A DNA stretch of 64,000 nt from Octopus vulgaris (Eukaryota). The notes beneath the pieces were generated by a model that was not told the origin of the DNA, did no database searches, and saw nothing but the letters and a program-made list of their open reading frames with translations. The stretch lies in assembly GCA_951406725.2 (NCBI GenBank), contig OX597830.1:70122001-70186000 (forward strand), in the 5' to 3' direction. Each line of letters begins with the position of its first letter. Position 1 is the stretch's first letter. Shown here piece by piece: positions 29,101 to 43,437 of the stretch. The position numbers were made by a program, and so were the translations under genes.

Positions 29101-29227
29101 CCATTCTGCCGAAGAGCGTAGGCTCGAAACGTAAAAGACTTTTCCATTTTACCGAGCGTTAAAACTAATACACCTGCTTGTTCCTACACCTGTCTCCGTC
29201 TTTTGCTTTTCTGTAAATTTGAACTAC
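29101..29227 (+). mobile_element. Short pLTR-like repeat carrying a variant minimal hammerhead motif (family HH-2, copy 1)
   Basis: CTGCCGA-A-GAGC-GTAG-GCTC-GAAA-CG-TA at 29106-29133; ~120 bp are homologous to 62771-62891. Confidence 0.55.
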
Positions 29228-29255
29228 ACACACAGAAACACACACACACACACAC

Positions 29256-29310
<55 letters not shown>

Positions 29311-29324
29311 TATCATATACGTAA

Positions 29325-29381
<57 letters not shown>

Positions 29382-29458
29382 TATATATCATATACATAAA
29401 TATATATATATGTATATATATGCATATATATATATATACTTATGTGTGTGTGAGTGTG

Positions 29459-29519
<61 letters not shown>

Positions 29520-30162
29520 GTCTGTCTGTCTATCTATCTATTTCTATTTTACATATACATATGTGTATCTTTATAAATATACGCATAAATACATATGTAT
29601 AAAATACGATGATGATGATTATTATAATTATTTTTGAAACGTAGAAGAACAAGGACAACAACAACAACAACAACAACTACAATAATGAAAGTAATGATAG
29701 TGATATCGATTGCAAAAGGGAAAAAAAAAACTAAAAAGAAAGTAAAAAATATCTAAGAAAGTAAACGAATGATATAGATAATCATATTGAAAACATATGG
29801 GAAGACGAAAGAAAAACATAAATAAATAACTAAAACCATAACAAACAACCAAAAATGAAAGCAAAACTGAAAACCGAACGGAAACAAAATTACCAACGAT
29901 GACAACAAGACAAAAAAAAAAAAAAAAAAAAGGCAATACCAAAAATCAAAAAAAAAAAAGATAACAACAACAAAAAAAAAAAAAACAGTGTAGTCTGAAA
30001 CTGTCACAAGATCAAACAGAAGTAACCTTTGACTTCAAGAAGGGAGGTATTTTTCTGCAAAGCGAAAAATCTGAATTTAATCAGAGACTTTGGAAGCAAA
30101 GCTAGCTTGAATCTTTAAATAATGCGAGACATTATCGATCAACGTGACGCATTATCGACCAC

Positions 30163-30330
30163 TCTTCTTCTTCTTCTTCTTCTTCTTCTTCTTCTTCTTC
30201 TTCTTCTTCTTCTTCTTCTTCTTCTTCTTCTTCTTCTTCTTCTTCTTCTTCTTCTTCTTCTTCTTCTTCTTCTTCTTCTTCTTCTTCTTCTTCTTCTTCT
30301 TCTTCTTCTTCTTCTTCATCATCATCATCT
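30163..30330 (+). repeat. (CTT)n microsatellite of about 50 units
   Basis: Uninterrupted CTT run grading into CAT. Confidence 0.95.
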
Positions 30331-30375
30331 TGCTTCTGCTTATCCGAATTACAAAGCTTACACTATCTATTTATT

Positions 30376-30467
<92 letters not shown>

Positions 30468-30644
30468 ATATATATATATATATATTATACATATAAATAT
30501 ATATATATATATATTATACATATGGATTTGGTTTTGTGTGTCTTGTTTATACTTATTTTATATTATTATCATGTGCATACTTGCGATTGTTATTATTGTT
30601 ATTATTATTACTACCACCACCACCACCACCACTATCACCACTAC

Positions 30645-30677
<33 letters not shown>

Positions 30678-30923
30678 ATCACTATTAATTGTCGTTGTTG
30701 TTATTGTTTTTTGTTGAATATCATTTTTATAGATCGGTCAAATTTTCAAGAGAAAAAAAATATGGAAAAAAAAGATAAATAAATAGATAAAACAAAATAT
30801 ATCAAAAACTTAAGACCCTGAGAAGATGAGTGCTATACATATTATTAATATTATTTCTATCCTCGTCCTTCTCCTCATCAGCATCATTATAATTGTAAAG
30901 AACTGAGCATACACACACACACA

Positions 30924-30991
<68 letters not shown>

Positions 30992-31149
30992 CATGTATAT
31001 TCATTTAGAGCGTATGAGCTAGTAAGAAAGATAGATAGACGGGTAGGTAGATAGATAGAAAGAAAGGGTGCAGAGAGAGAGAGAGAGAGAGAATATAGAC
31101 CAAATAGCAATAACAGCAACAACAAAAAACGAAATTGAAGAAAAATAAG

Positions 31150-31261
<112 letters not shown>

Positions 31262-31499
31262 AGAAGAAGACGAAAATGAAGAAGAAGAAACTTACTACTA
31301 AGTGGTAGTCATTGCTTATTGGCTGTGATTTATCCCTAATTATTAGGTAGACACCCGCCATACATCTTAACTCCCACCTCCGACACGTACGCACACGCAC
31401 AGACACCCACCTCAGCCAACGACTACTTGGTAATCAACTTGAAATTCTCTTTCAAGTTACTTGGGAGGGTTTGAAGGAATACGGAAGAGAAAAGAAACT

Positions 31500-31548
<49 letters not shown>

Positions 31549-31811
31549 TGAGACAGAGAGGGAGAAACATAAGTTGATAGATAGAAAGTATCAAATTTTT
31601 TATTGAGTCATAAGCAAAAAAAAAAAAAAAAACCCAAAACAACTAAAAAACAAAATCACTAAGCGAACAATAGATTCTGTAAAATAACTTTTTACAACAT
31701 CAATACGTATTTTTTTGCGTATTTATTTTGGTATTTCTTTATATTTTCTTATTTCTTTCCTTTACTTTCACTTTCCAACTTTTCACATTCTATCGTTATT
31801 TATGTTTTCTG

Positions 31812-31881
<70 letters not shown>

Positions 31882-32111
31882 TGTCTTATACTTTTTTCGT
31901 TTGGTGTTTATTTATTTATCTATTTATTTATTTATTTATTTATTTATTTATATTTGTTTTTGAGTCAAGATGTTGGTCAATTTTTGCTTAAGTCACTGCT
32001 GAATGACATTATGTCTTCTTTATATTTTTTTCTTATTTATATTTTGTTATACCTTTAGTTTTATATACATACATATATGTATATACGTGCTTGTGTCTAT
32101 ACATATACATA

Positions 32112-32199
<88 letters not shown>

Positions 32200-32590
32200 A
32201 TTTCATAAGAGTTTTAGAAGATGAAAGACGTTCGATCCACAGTATCTTTTGCCTTAATGAAAGAGTAGGATTTTTTCGCAAGCGCAGTTGTGAAAACTGA
32301 CGACAGAGCATTAATGATTGTAGTATAAAAAAAAAGCCACATCAACAACAACAACGACGACGACGACGACGATGACGACAATAACAACAACAACAACAAC
32401 TATAATAAAGAAAACTGGCGGAAACGTTAAGATTGTTTACAACTTGCGACTGACATTTTCTTTGCTTATGTTTAAACAAAGTTATAGAATTTATGTTCAC
32501 ATACATTGCACAATATGTGTACACAAATACACATACACACGTGCAAACACATATATACACACTTATATAATTTATTATTTCATATATAAA

Positions 32591-32631
<41 letters not shown>

Positions 32632-32719
32632 TTATATCTATGAATTTATATATACATACATATATAAATATTTAAAAGCAAACTTAACATAAACTGCATC
32701 GGAGAATTGAATAACAAGA

Positions 32720-32722
<3 letters not shown>

Positions 32723-32804
<82 letters not shown>

Positions 32805-33201
32805 AAGAAGAAGAAGGAGGAGAAGGAGGAGGAGAAGAAGAAGAAGAAGAAGAAGAAGAAGGGGAAGAGGAAGAGGAAGAAGAAGAAGAAGGAGGAGGAG
32901 AAGAAGAAGAAGAAGAAGGAGAAGAAGAAGAAGAAGAAGGAGGAGGAGGAGGAGAAGAAGAAGAAGACGATGAAAAGGAGGCGATGAAAAGAAGAAGAAA
33001 AATGATGATGATGATAATGATGAAGAAGAAGAAGAAGAAGAAGAAGAAGAAGAAGAAGAAGATGATGATGATGAAGATGAAGAAGAAAAAGAAGATGATG
33101 ATGATAATGATGATGGAGATGAAGAAGAAGAAGAAGAAGAAGAAGAAGAAGAAGAAGAAGAAGAAGAAGAAGAAGAAGAAGAAGAAGAAGAAGAAGAAGA
33201 A
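32723..33201 (+). repeat. Compound (AAT)n-(GAA/GGA)n-(GAT)n purine-rich microsatellite
   Basis: About 480 bp of trinucleotide runs; source of the poly-R/K/F ORFs. Confidence 0.95.
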
Positions 33202-33559
33202 AATACGTGGGGGTTGAATATACATTATTAATGTTTTTGTCCCAAAAACATCTGTGAAAAGTTATGAACAGCAGTTACAACCAAAATTACACTAGCAGCA
33301 CCATCATCAATGTCAGCAGCAACAGAAGCTGCAGCAGCAAGTTTAACTAACAGGAAGACAAGTCTGTTATATTCTTCTTTTAATCTTTTTGTTGTTTTTT
33401 TCTTTCATTCCAAATGTATGGAAAGATATCGGGGTTAATTAGATTTTTGATAACATTACATAGGAGAGAGAGAGAGAGAGATACAGGGGTAGACTGACAG
33501 AGAGAATTAGATAAGTAAAGAGAGAGAGGAAAGGGAGAGAGAGAAAGGGAGAGAGAGAG

Positions 33560-33710
33560 AGAGGGAGGGAAGCGGGGGCGGGGGCGGGGAGTGGAGAGAG
33601 AGAGAGGCGGGGGGGGCGAGGTGAGAAGAGAGAGGGGAGTGGAGAATGATGCAAATGAGAGGAAAGTTGGATGTGGGTAATGGCGTCATTTCGGATATCT
33701 ATGACGTGTG
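33560..33710. promoter_or_regulatory. Candidate promoter or enhancer motif cluster
   Basis: Tandem GC boxes GGGGGCGGGGGCGGGG, an octamer ATGCAAAT, and CRE-like GGCGTCA and TGACGTG in an otherwise AT-rich window. Confidence 0.3.
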
Positions 33711-33806
33711 TATGTGTGTGTGTGTGTGTGTGTGGTATCTAAATTTGATGTTCTAATGGAAAAAGCAGGTTGATAAAAGATACCCTTTTACCACATATAA
33801 AAATCA

Positions 33807-33876
<70 letters not shown>

Positions 33877-33880
33877 CAAG

Positions 33881-34090
33881 TAGGCGAGCTGGCGGAAACG
33901 TTAGCACGCCGGGCGAAATACTAAGCGGTATTTCGTCTGCCGCTACGTTCTGAGTTCAAATTCCACGGAGATCGACTTAGCCATTCATCCATTCGAGATC
34001 GATTAAATAAGTACCAGTCACACACTGGAGTCGATGTAATCGACTTAATCCTTTCCCCAAATTTGAGGCCTTGGGCTTCTCGTAGAAAGG

Positions 34091-34092
<2 letters not shown>
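33881..34092 (+). mobile_element. SINE family A, tail type 1
   Basis: GGCGAGCTGGCGGAAACGTTAGCACGCCGGGCGAAA...TGAGTTCAAATTCC...GTAGAAAGGATTATT. Confidence 0.9.
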
Positions 34093-34129
<37 letters not shown>

Positions 34130-34469
34130 GGCATTTCACATTCCGCCGAGGCCGACTTTGCCTTTTATTTTTATTCTTCGGTGTCGATGAAATAATTACC
34201 AGTGGAGCACTGGGGGTCTTGGCTTATATAATAATTAGCTTGATGTAATTTTGATCCGCTTGAAGTTGTATGATTCCATGCAGAAAGGAAGGAAGAACGC
34301 ATGAAATTATGGAACAGATATGTGAACAGCAAGTGAAGGAATACTTATGAAAAGCAAATAATAACTGGTCTAGACTTGTCAATAAAATCAAACACAAAAT
34401 ATCGACTCTCACATGTATGTCCATGTAAAGCACGTAACCAAATACGTAGAATATATTATAGTATTATCG

Positions 34470-34702
34470 AAGACAGCGAGCTGGCAGAATCGTTAGCACG
34501 CCGGGCGAAATGCTTTGCAGTATTTCGTCTACCGTTACGTTCTGAGTTCAAATTCCGCCGAGGTCGACTTTGCCTTTCATCCTTTCGGGGTCGATAAATT
34601 AAGTACCAGTTACGCACTGGGGTCGATGTAATCGACTTAATCCCTTTGTCTGTCCTTGTTTGTCCCCTCTGTGTTTAGCCCCTTGTGGGTAGCAAAGAAA
34701 TG
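34470..34702 (+). mobile_element. SINE family A, tail type 2, with ~16-bp TSD
   Basis: Full head and core plus TTTGTCTGTCCTTGTTTGTCCCCTCTGTGTTTAGCCCCTTGTGGG tail; flanks TATA(T/C)TATAGTATTAT at 34452-34467 and 34703-34718. Confidence 0.92.
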
Positions 34703-35255
34703 TATACTATAGTATTATATCCATAAGAGATATTGTTCTTTGTGTGTTCAATGATTGAAAATCCGCTGGCATTCTGTGTGCTGGTGTGCCAGAAACGAGA
34801 GTGATCTGCTGAAATACTCGAGGATTTTCGAACCGCAGCATTCTGTTTATTTGCTGTCGAAAAATACTTTGTTCAGAACCTACAAACGTAGAACAAATGC
34901 AATGGATTTTCAGTCCATTCTCTAACCTTCTGCCTCTCCCCCGGTTTTTAAAATGGTATTTTGTATTTTGTCTATTGAGAAAAATTGACCCGAGGTAGGA
35001 TTTGAACTCAGGCCGCAAACAACTAGATCAAATATCATACAGTCAGATTCTCTAACAAATCTTGCAATGTGGAGCTTACCTAGTTAATTAGGCAGCTTGA
35101 TACTAATATGTTAAAATCGACAGGAGATTCTGTGTGAATAAATACACACATACACACACGCGCGTATGTATGGACAGAGAGATATGAAAATAAAATATAA
35201 GAAAACAATAAGAAGCCATTGAAGATCTATCGAACTATTTAAGGTATCTATCTAC

Positions 35256-35331
<76 letters not shown>

Positions 35332-36084
35332 ATAACACTACATTCTCTGTTTCTCATCAGAAGTTCTTCGCCTCTTTAAAGGTTTAAACCACCTCAAAAT
35401 TTCTGTATCTTCCTCTTACCTCTTGATCTGAAGTTTAAAAAAATATAACTATTAGATTAAATATTAGAAAGGGATTTAATAGCACACTATTAGTTCCTTA
35501 TCTATCTGATTGAAGATCCATGCCGGTTTGGTTAAATTTTTGATTTACAAATTTATTAAAATATAAAGGCATTTGCGAAACCAGATCATAAACTATGGGA
35601 ATTAAATACCGATTCAAATATATAAGGAAGAGAAAGAAGGGAAGAGAGAGAGAGTGAGAAAGAGGAAGAGAGGCGGAGAGGGAGAGGGAAAGATATTCTT
35701 TACTAAGTGCACATATCTTGAAAGTCTCTTTGCGCTGAATCCTGTCAGCTGGTTCGCTGGCATTGAAAGGCATTAGCTGAAACATTTGAGCATACATTGA
35801 GGATATTCCACTCTTTGTTTTCTTTTTCTAGAGGCTGCCGAAGGATCTGCTTTTTCTTTTTATTTCCAGGTCTCCTTGATCCAAAACAGATACGGCAGCC
35901 ACTCCAACAAAAACGCAATATAAACGCAACAACAAAAGAAACAATTCTATGGTTTCCACATCTTGCAATTCCATGATTAGTTCTGGCGTTATTTGAAGAT
36001 GTTGCACTTCGCTTTAAGAGATACAGCATTAGAGTATTCAATAACAGTAGTTAAAATCTTGAGGTTCACGGTAAGTGCTGTAGT

Positions 36085-36803
36085 TTGATAAGCAAAAATC
36101 TATTTTTGGATCGTGTTGTGAAAAGTGACCAAAAATAGATTCCATGCGACAACAAGAGTCGTTTTACGGATGGCTGCACCAAGCTAAAACACCAGAAGAC
36201 TTCCCCAGACTAAAGTTTCATGAAAAGGTTATAGCAACTATAGGGTGGTCATCAGGTGGAATAATCTGCTGCAATTCTTGAATCCTAATGAAATATTGTT
36301 GAGAAATATTGCCAAGAAATCGACAATATACTTCAAGAACTGCAGCGCTTATGTGTCCTATTGATCAATCGTATAGTACAAATTCTTCCCCATCACAACC
36401 CCTGACCAGTTGTCTCGCAAATAAGCGGTCAGAAAATGAACGAACATATCTTCGAAACTGTTTACTCATACAGCACTTTCCCCCTCTCTCCATCTCTATC
36501 CCTGACCAACTACCGCTTTTTGAAATATTTCAATGATTTTCTGCAAAAAAAAAAGAGATTTTCAACAACCAAGAAGCTGCTCAAACGCTTTCGAAGAATT
36601 TATAGGTTGATAGAATGAAGAATTTCACACTACAAGAATAAACAGACATGGTTCCCAATGGAGAAAATAGCTTAGATTTTTTAATGGCAATAATAATCGT
36701 TAAAATCTACAGATTTCCGATAAATAAAATTCATTCTAAGCGAAAATATACTTCTTTAAAATGGTGGTTAAAAAACCGCAAATATTTTTGCACTAGGCTG
36801 ATA
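36085..36803 (+). mobile_element. Decayed mariner transposon (cecropia/Hsmar1-like), 3' half with right TIR
   Basis: Frameshifted translation FLDRVVKSDQK*IPCDN...FPRLKFHEKVIATIGWSSGGI...EKYCQEIDNILQELQRL...ILPHHNP*P...LSLTNYRFLKYFNDFLQ...FNNQEAAQ..FEEFI aligns by eye with mariner DD34D motifs (TCDEKW, HDNARPH, SPTDYHFF). Terminal AAAAACCGCAAATATTTTTGCACTAGGCTGATA resembles the Hsmar1-type TIR. Confidence 0.85.
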
Positions 36804-36854
36804 CTAATTTTTAAAATTAAATTGCGACCAGACTGATATCCTCCATCAATATTA

Positions 36855-37075
36855 ACACACGTGACCGTTTGTTTAAGAAGCTCACTTTGTGACCATACGG
36901 TTTTGAGTTCAGACCCACTACGCGGCACCTTGTTTGTTTATGTCTCCGTAAACTCGCGGTTCGGCAAAAAGAGACCGATAGAATGAATATTAGATATAAA
37001 TTTGAGTAAAACTGTCAAAGCAGTGTCCCAACATGGTTGCAATCCAATGACTGAAACAAGTACGGGATAAAAGAT
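36855..37075 (+). mobile_element. SINE family B, diverged and internally deleted
   Basis: TGAGTTCAGACCCACTACGCGGCACCTTG...GCGGTTCGGCAAAAAGAGACCGATAGAAT...CCAATGACTGAAACAAGTA. Confidence 0.75.
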
Positions 37076-37199
37076 ACACGTGGAGACAACAAAATGAAGT
37101 TTATACTTCTTCCGAGGAATGGACGGTTTTTCAAGCACCAATTCACACTGTACCACAAACACCAATATCTCATTGACTAACCAGCAAAAGAACCGCCAC

Positions 37200-37432
37200 A
37201 TGATTGTTCGATCTATGAAAAATACCAGCTACATTTGTCTGAGACCAAACCCTGCCACTAACGTATAAATAAAAAAATAAGAAATAAACTGATGAATGAA
37301 ACACTCAAGGGCACTTTAGATAATGTATCACTAGATAATCTACGCATAAGGAAAAGGCGGGATGGTCACGACTGGGACATTTTTTATCATGGAACTGTTC
37401 TATGAGTGCAGATATAAGGGACTAAACAACAC
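37200..37432 (+). mobile_element. SINE-like family C copy
   Basis: GATAATGTA..CTAGATA...GGGATGGTCACGACTGG...GGGACTAAACAACA; shared with 51385 (same strand) and 56290/58495 (opposite strand). Confidence 0.6.
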
Positions 37433-37793
37433 TATAGAATTGATCATGCTGATGTTGATGATGTTGATGATGATGATGATGAAGCAGAAGAGAGGATGAG
37501 GGGGTAGTGATGCATGTAGTGAAAGTTGCCCTCGCTTATGATCATAAATCTGACGACGTCGATGACGATGAGAAGGGGGAGGGGGAAGATCAAGTAATAT
37601 GATATTACGATGATGATCATTATGACATCGACGAGCTTGAAGGATAGTCTTTTATATTGTATCCAATGATTCCAGTAGTAGGACTGCGGCCACGCTGGAG
37701 CACAGGCTTAAATTATCTTGATGACAAGAGTGTTGAAACTGTATCCACTTCAAAAACTAACGCTAGCAACAACAATAACATCAACATCAACGC

Positions 37794-37858
<65 letters not shown>

Positions 37859-37880
37859 TAATAATAATAATAATGATAAT

Positions 37881-37923
<43 letters not shown>

Positions 37924-38447
37924 GGAAAACATAGCCCTTAAAACGATGACAATGATGGTAATGATGATGATTATGATGTTGATGTTGATGTTGATGATAG
38001 AAACGAAAATAATATTTTATACATATACATACGTACATAGATACAAATATATATATATATGTGTGTGTGTGTATATATATATATATACACACGCAGACAC
38101 AGACACACATACGCACACACGCGCGCACACACACACACGCACACACACATACATACATACATACATACATACATACATACATACATACATACATACACAC
38201 ATACATATATATATATACGTTGGCATTACTGTGGCGCATTTTCAAAAGTGATTTTCCTTCGAGGGAATTGGCCAGTGTATGTGTTAGATCGATCAAGTCT
38301 GTGTGTGTGTGTATGTATGTGTGCGTATACACAGACAAGCACATATATATATATATATAGACATATAAAAGATATATTATATATATATAATATATATACA
38401 TACATATAAATAAATATATATACATATATATAAATAAATATATATAC

Positions 38448-38506
<59 letters not shown>

Positions 38507-38560
38507 GGCTTAGTAAAATAAATTACTTCGCCGCATACTGAATTTTACCCTCAATTGTTG

Positions 38561-38631
<71 letters not shown>

Positions 38632-41436
38632 ATGTATGTATGTATATAATCTCTACTCGGCACACAGTTTGGGCGCTGACATTACGCGCCATCCTCTTCT
38701 CAACTGCCTCTCTCAGAGATTTGTCGACTTCCGGCATCAGTTTTGTTATTTCCACATCTCCCCCACCCCCATCTCACCCTTTTCCTTTTTATCGCCCTCA
38801 GTCATGCTCATTAGCTAGTATAATACCGGTTTATACACATGGAAACCAACTCTCTGCATGGAAATTTTATGGTCAGAGCAATCTATGATCAAAAGAACCC
38901 TTTCCCAACGTAGGTCATGATTCTTGGAGTAATTTTAGCCAGGAATTCTGGCTGCCTGGCTTGATCACCCCATCTTCCTTAGCAACAATTTAGCCCCACG
39001 CCACGCAGTTTACCCCTCCTTTCCCCAACCTCTCTCCTACTCTCTGTCTCTCTGTCTCCCGTTTCTCTCTCCCTCTGTGTCTCTCGCTTCCCCTCTGTCT
39101 CTTATTTCTCCCTTTCCTGCCTCTCCACCCTCTCATCTCATCTCATCTCATCTCATCTCGGTTCTAGCTTCTCCTGCTGTTGGTTGGTTGGCTCCGTCAC
39201 CAATGTGTAAATTAATTTAAACCTAATACAACGTGTTGCATTCCACAGAGTAGTAATTGATAGAGACGAGGAGGAGGGGGGGTTAATAGATAGGGAGATA
39301 AGAGCACATAAAAACAAATGCAGTACCTACGTTGGCTAGCGACGTGCCAGTGGCGGTGGCGGCGACGGTGACGGTGACGGTGGTGGTGATGACAGGAAGA
39401 AGAAGAGGAGATTGTGGTGGTGGTGGCGGTGGTGGTGGTGGTGGTGGTGGTGGTGGTTGTAGAGATTGAGGTCGTAACGGTGGTACAGTGTGTGGCGTAG
39501 TGCGACGTGGGATTGAATATAGGAGTAATGTTTGTCGGGTGTGGTGGTGGTGGTGGTAGTGGTGGTGGTGGTGGTAGTGGTGGTAGCGGTGTTTGTGTTG
39601 TGGTGGTGGAAGAAGAAGAGGAAGAGGAGGATGGTAATAACGGTTGGTGCTGCCGTGTGCATGCATGTATAAGTGTGTATATATGTGTACTTCAATATAT
39701 GTGTGTTTGTATCTGTATATGAATGTGTATGCATGAATGTGTATGTGTATGTATGTGTATGCATGTGTATGTGTATGCATATGTGTGTATATATACATAT
39801 ATATGTATATGTTTATGTGTGTATGCATGTATATATTTATGTATGTTTACATATGTGTGCGTATATATATGCATATATATGCAACTATAAGTGCACACGC
39901 ACATATATATGTGTGTATATATACGATATATATATAGATATATATATATATACGTGCATACATATCTGTCTGTGAATATATGCATCTATGTATGTACATC
40001 TATACATGTGCATCTATACATGTGCATCTATACATGTGCATGTATTTATATATCTTTATATATATATATATATGTGTGTATGTGTGCATATATGTGCAGG
40101 TGTATGTATAAATGTATGAGCGTGCACAATTTTTATGCGTGTGTGTATGTGTCTGCAGATATGTGTGTGTGTGTGTATTAATGCGATGTGTGTTTGTTTG
40201 CGATGTGTATATGTGTGTATATGTGTGTGGTGTGTGTGGTGTGTGGTGCGCAGTAAAAAGCCGCGAAAAATTGGTAGTCGACAAAGAAAAAAAAAGCGGG
40301 GAACTCCGGTCAAATAAAAACGCGGGAAGATGAAGTAAAAAGCTTCAATGTTTGCGTATGATATATATTGGCAAATGTATGTGTCAGTGATTTTGTATGG
40401 AGATATGTTTGCGCTTGTGTGTGCATGTGTGTATGAGTGAGTTTGCACAGAGAGTGAGAAGGGGGGGGAGGGAGGTAAAAAACTAAAAAAAAAAATATAG
40501 GATGTATATATGAACGCGGGTATCATTGTATGATTGCGTATGACGATGTAATACGCATTTATGTATACATCAATATATATATTTTTTTGTGTATTCTATT
40601 CGCTTGTGTGTGTATAATGGATGGAAAATATGTGCAAAAACACACGCGCATGTATACACACACACATATACATTATACCTACAAATTTGCATATATATAT
40701 ATATAAATGCATGTATGCATATATATATATATGCATATATATATATGCCTTTACTGTTACATATACATACATACATACATACATGCATACATACATACAT
40801 ACATACATATACATAGTATGTATATATAAAACATGTACATACATACAGACATACGTACATATTCATGTACACACATGTGCCTACAAGCAGATACGTGTGC
40901 ATGCAAACAGACACACGAGCATATTGAGACACTTATACACATACGTGTATGCACGCATATACATATGTATGCATGTATGTATGTGCGTATGTTTGTATGC
41001 ACGTATGTATGTATGTATGTATGTATGTTTGTATGTATGTATGTGAGTATGCACGTACGTATGTATGTATGTATGTTTGTATGTATGTATGTATGCATGT
41101 GTATGTATGTATGTATGTATGTATGTATGTATGTATGTATGTGTGTATGTTTGTATGTATGTATGTGAGTATGCATGTACGTATGTATGTATGTATGTTT
41201 GTGTGTATGTATGTATGCATGTGTGTGTGTGTGTGTGTGCATGTATGTATGTATGTATATGTATACTTGCGTACATATGTGTTTTTCTGTGTATTTTATA
41301 GTATGAGTGTGATCTAGCACTGATGAAAAATTAGGTGATTTTGCACGTGAGCCTCTGTATACAAACTGGTACATGCATGAACGCGAAAAAACAAGAAGCG
41401 TAGGTAAGAGTAAAATAACATATATATATATATACA

Positions 41437-41484
<48 letters not shown>

Positions 41485-41646
41485 TATGCATATGTATATA
41501 CATATACACATATACATAAACATGTACATGTATATCTATTTACACATATATATATATACATGCATATATATATATACATATATATGGATATATATATGTA
41601 TATATATATATCAATATATATATATATATATATATCCAAACACATG

Positions 41647-41693
<47 letters not shown>

Positions 41694-41886
41694 CTGCACA
41701 TGTATGTATATATTGATGTACGTTGGTATGTATATATGAACATGCATACATTCATATACATACAACATGCATGTATAGATATACACATACACACACATAT
41801 ATATATATGTATATATGTACATACTTATGCAAGCGTACGTACTTTCTGAGTATTTATATGTGTATGCTTATATATATATATATATG

Positions 41887-41929
<43 letters not shown>

Positions 41930-41960
41930 GTATATATATATATATATATGTATATATATG

Positions 41961-41998
<38 letters not shown>

Positions 41999-42449
41999 TA
42001 TACATGCGTACATGTTGTTGTATATGTAGGATTTAGTACATGCGTATATTTTTACATGAGTGTGTGTGTAGGTGTGTTTGTGCGTGTGTGTGTGTGTGTG
42101 TCTGTGTATGTGTGTGTGTAAGTAAAGGTATAGAGGTAGAAGTGTGAACAGAAAGCTATGAAAGCTTTCTCTAAATTTCCCACAGGATGAATTTCTAATC
42201 CGCCGCCATGCTTTAATGCGCCATTTCGACTCTGTACCACCACCCCGCCATTGTTCTACACTTATCTCACACCACCACCACCACCACCACCACCACACCT
42301 CGACTCCTACTCCCTACATCCCTTCATTCCCCCACCTTCACCGCACCACCACCACCACTTTCGTCGCCGTCATCCTAAATCGTCATCATATCGAACATCG
42401 TCACTCGGTTACCTCAGCCAGAATTCCCCCAAAGCCTACGTAACTCGTC

Positions 42450-42960
42450 TACACTGACTCGAGTCATTCACTCGACACTTAAGTCCCACTCACTCGCGCA
42501 ATACACAACTCACCCCTGAACTTCAGCCGACACTCAAGTCGACCTACAAACCATCCAAGTCACACTTCACTAAACATTGATGTCACATTTCACTAATCAT
42601 TGATATCACTCTTCCCTCATCACTCAAGTCACACTTCAGTAATCTGTTAAATCACCTCACCCAACAGTCAAATTCCTTCATTAACCACTCAAGTTATTTC
42701 GCCCAAAACACAAGTCCCACTTCACTACCACTCAAATTTTATTACAGCCAACACTCAACTCGAGTCACAGTATTAAGCATTCAAGTAATACTTAGCTCAC
42801 CATACCAGTTACATCTTACTCCACACTTTAGTCACAGTTCACTCACCATTTAATTCCCGTCCCTTGCCACTCAAGCTTTTTCGACCAACGCTCAGCTCAC
42901 GCATAACCTAATACTCAACTCACTCTCTCATAATACTCCCCCCGCATTAACCACTCCAGT
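42450..42960 (+). repeat. Degenerate minisatellite, ~22-bp unit (CACTCAAGTCACACTTCACTAAC-like)
   Basis: CACTCAAGT, CAAGTCAC and CTTCACT recur at roughly 20-25-bp spacing; the + strand is strongly G-poor. Confidence 0.7.
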
Positions 42961-43357
42961 TCACGTATCCCCTCAAAACACAGGACTTCGTTCTAACAAT
43001 TAACGAGTGAGCCCCAGAGTAGCCATTCGAAATATAAGAGAATAACAGCGGAAACCAAATGAAATTACACACAACAGAACACGTTGTTCGCATAAAAGTA
43101 CACATTCGATCGCATAGAAGAGGATTTACAACTAAGAGTAATGATGAAATCGTCTCTGATGGAAATAGATTTCAGCATCGGTCTCTGTTTATTCGAAGCT
43201 TACATTGCGTTACACAACAACTACAAAATGTAAACTAAAACGAAAGTGAAACTAGGCTTTCGTTTGTGGGGAATAGGTTGTTATTCTTGTCGCTTGCAGT
43301 TTAGTTGAAGTAACTCGATTCACTCAAGATATGTATTGCTAGGTGCTAGGTGTGTGC

Positions 43358-43388
<31 letters not shown>

Positions 43389-43406
43389 TGTATGTATGTA
43401 TGTATG

Positions 43407-43437
<31 letters not shown>

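Noticed and set aside
36085-36720. SETMAR-like host gene
   Set aside because: Only the transposase part is present, with many stops and frameshifts and a TIR; it is a dead mariner copy.
39283-39660. Poly-P/poly-H/poly-G ORFs suggestive of a transcription-factor exon
   Set aside because: Explained by (GGT)n runs; no domain and no convincing splice context.
40960-41260. Higher-order repeats within TATG tracts (also 12951-13065, 44100-44280)
   Set aside because: Ordinary slippage or unequal-exchange duplications of compound microsatellites.
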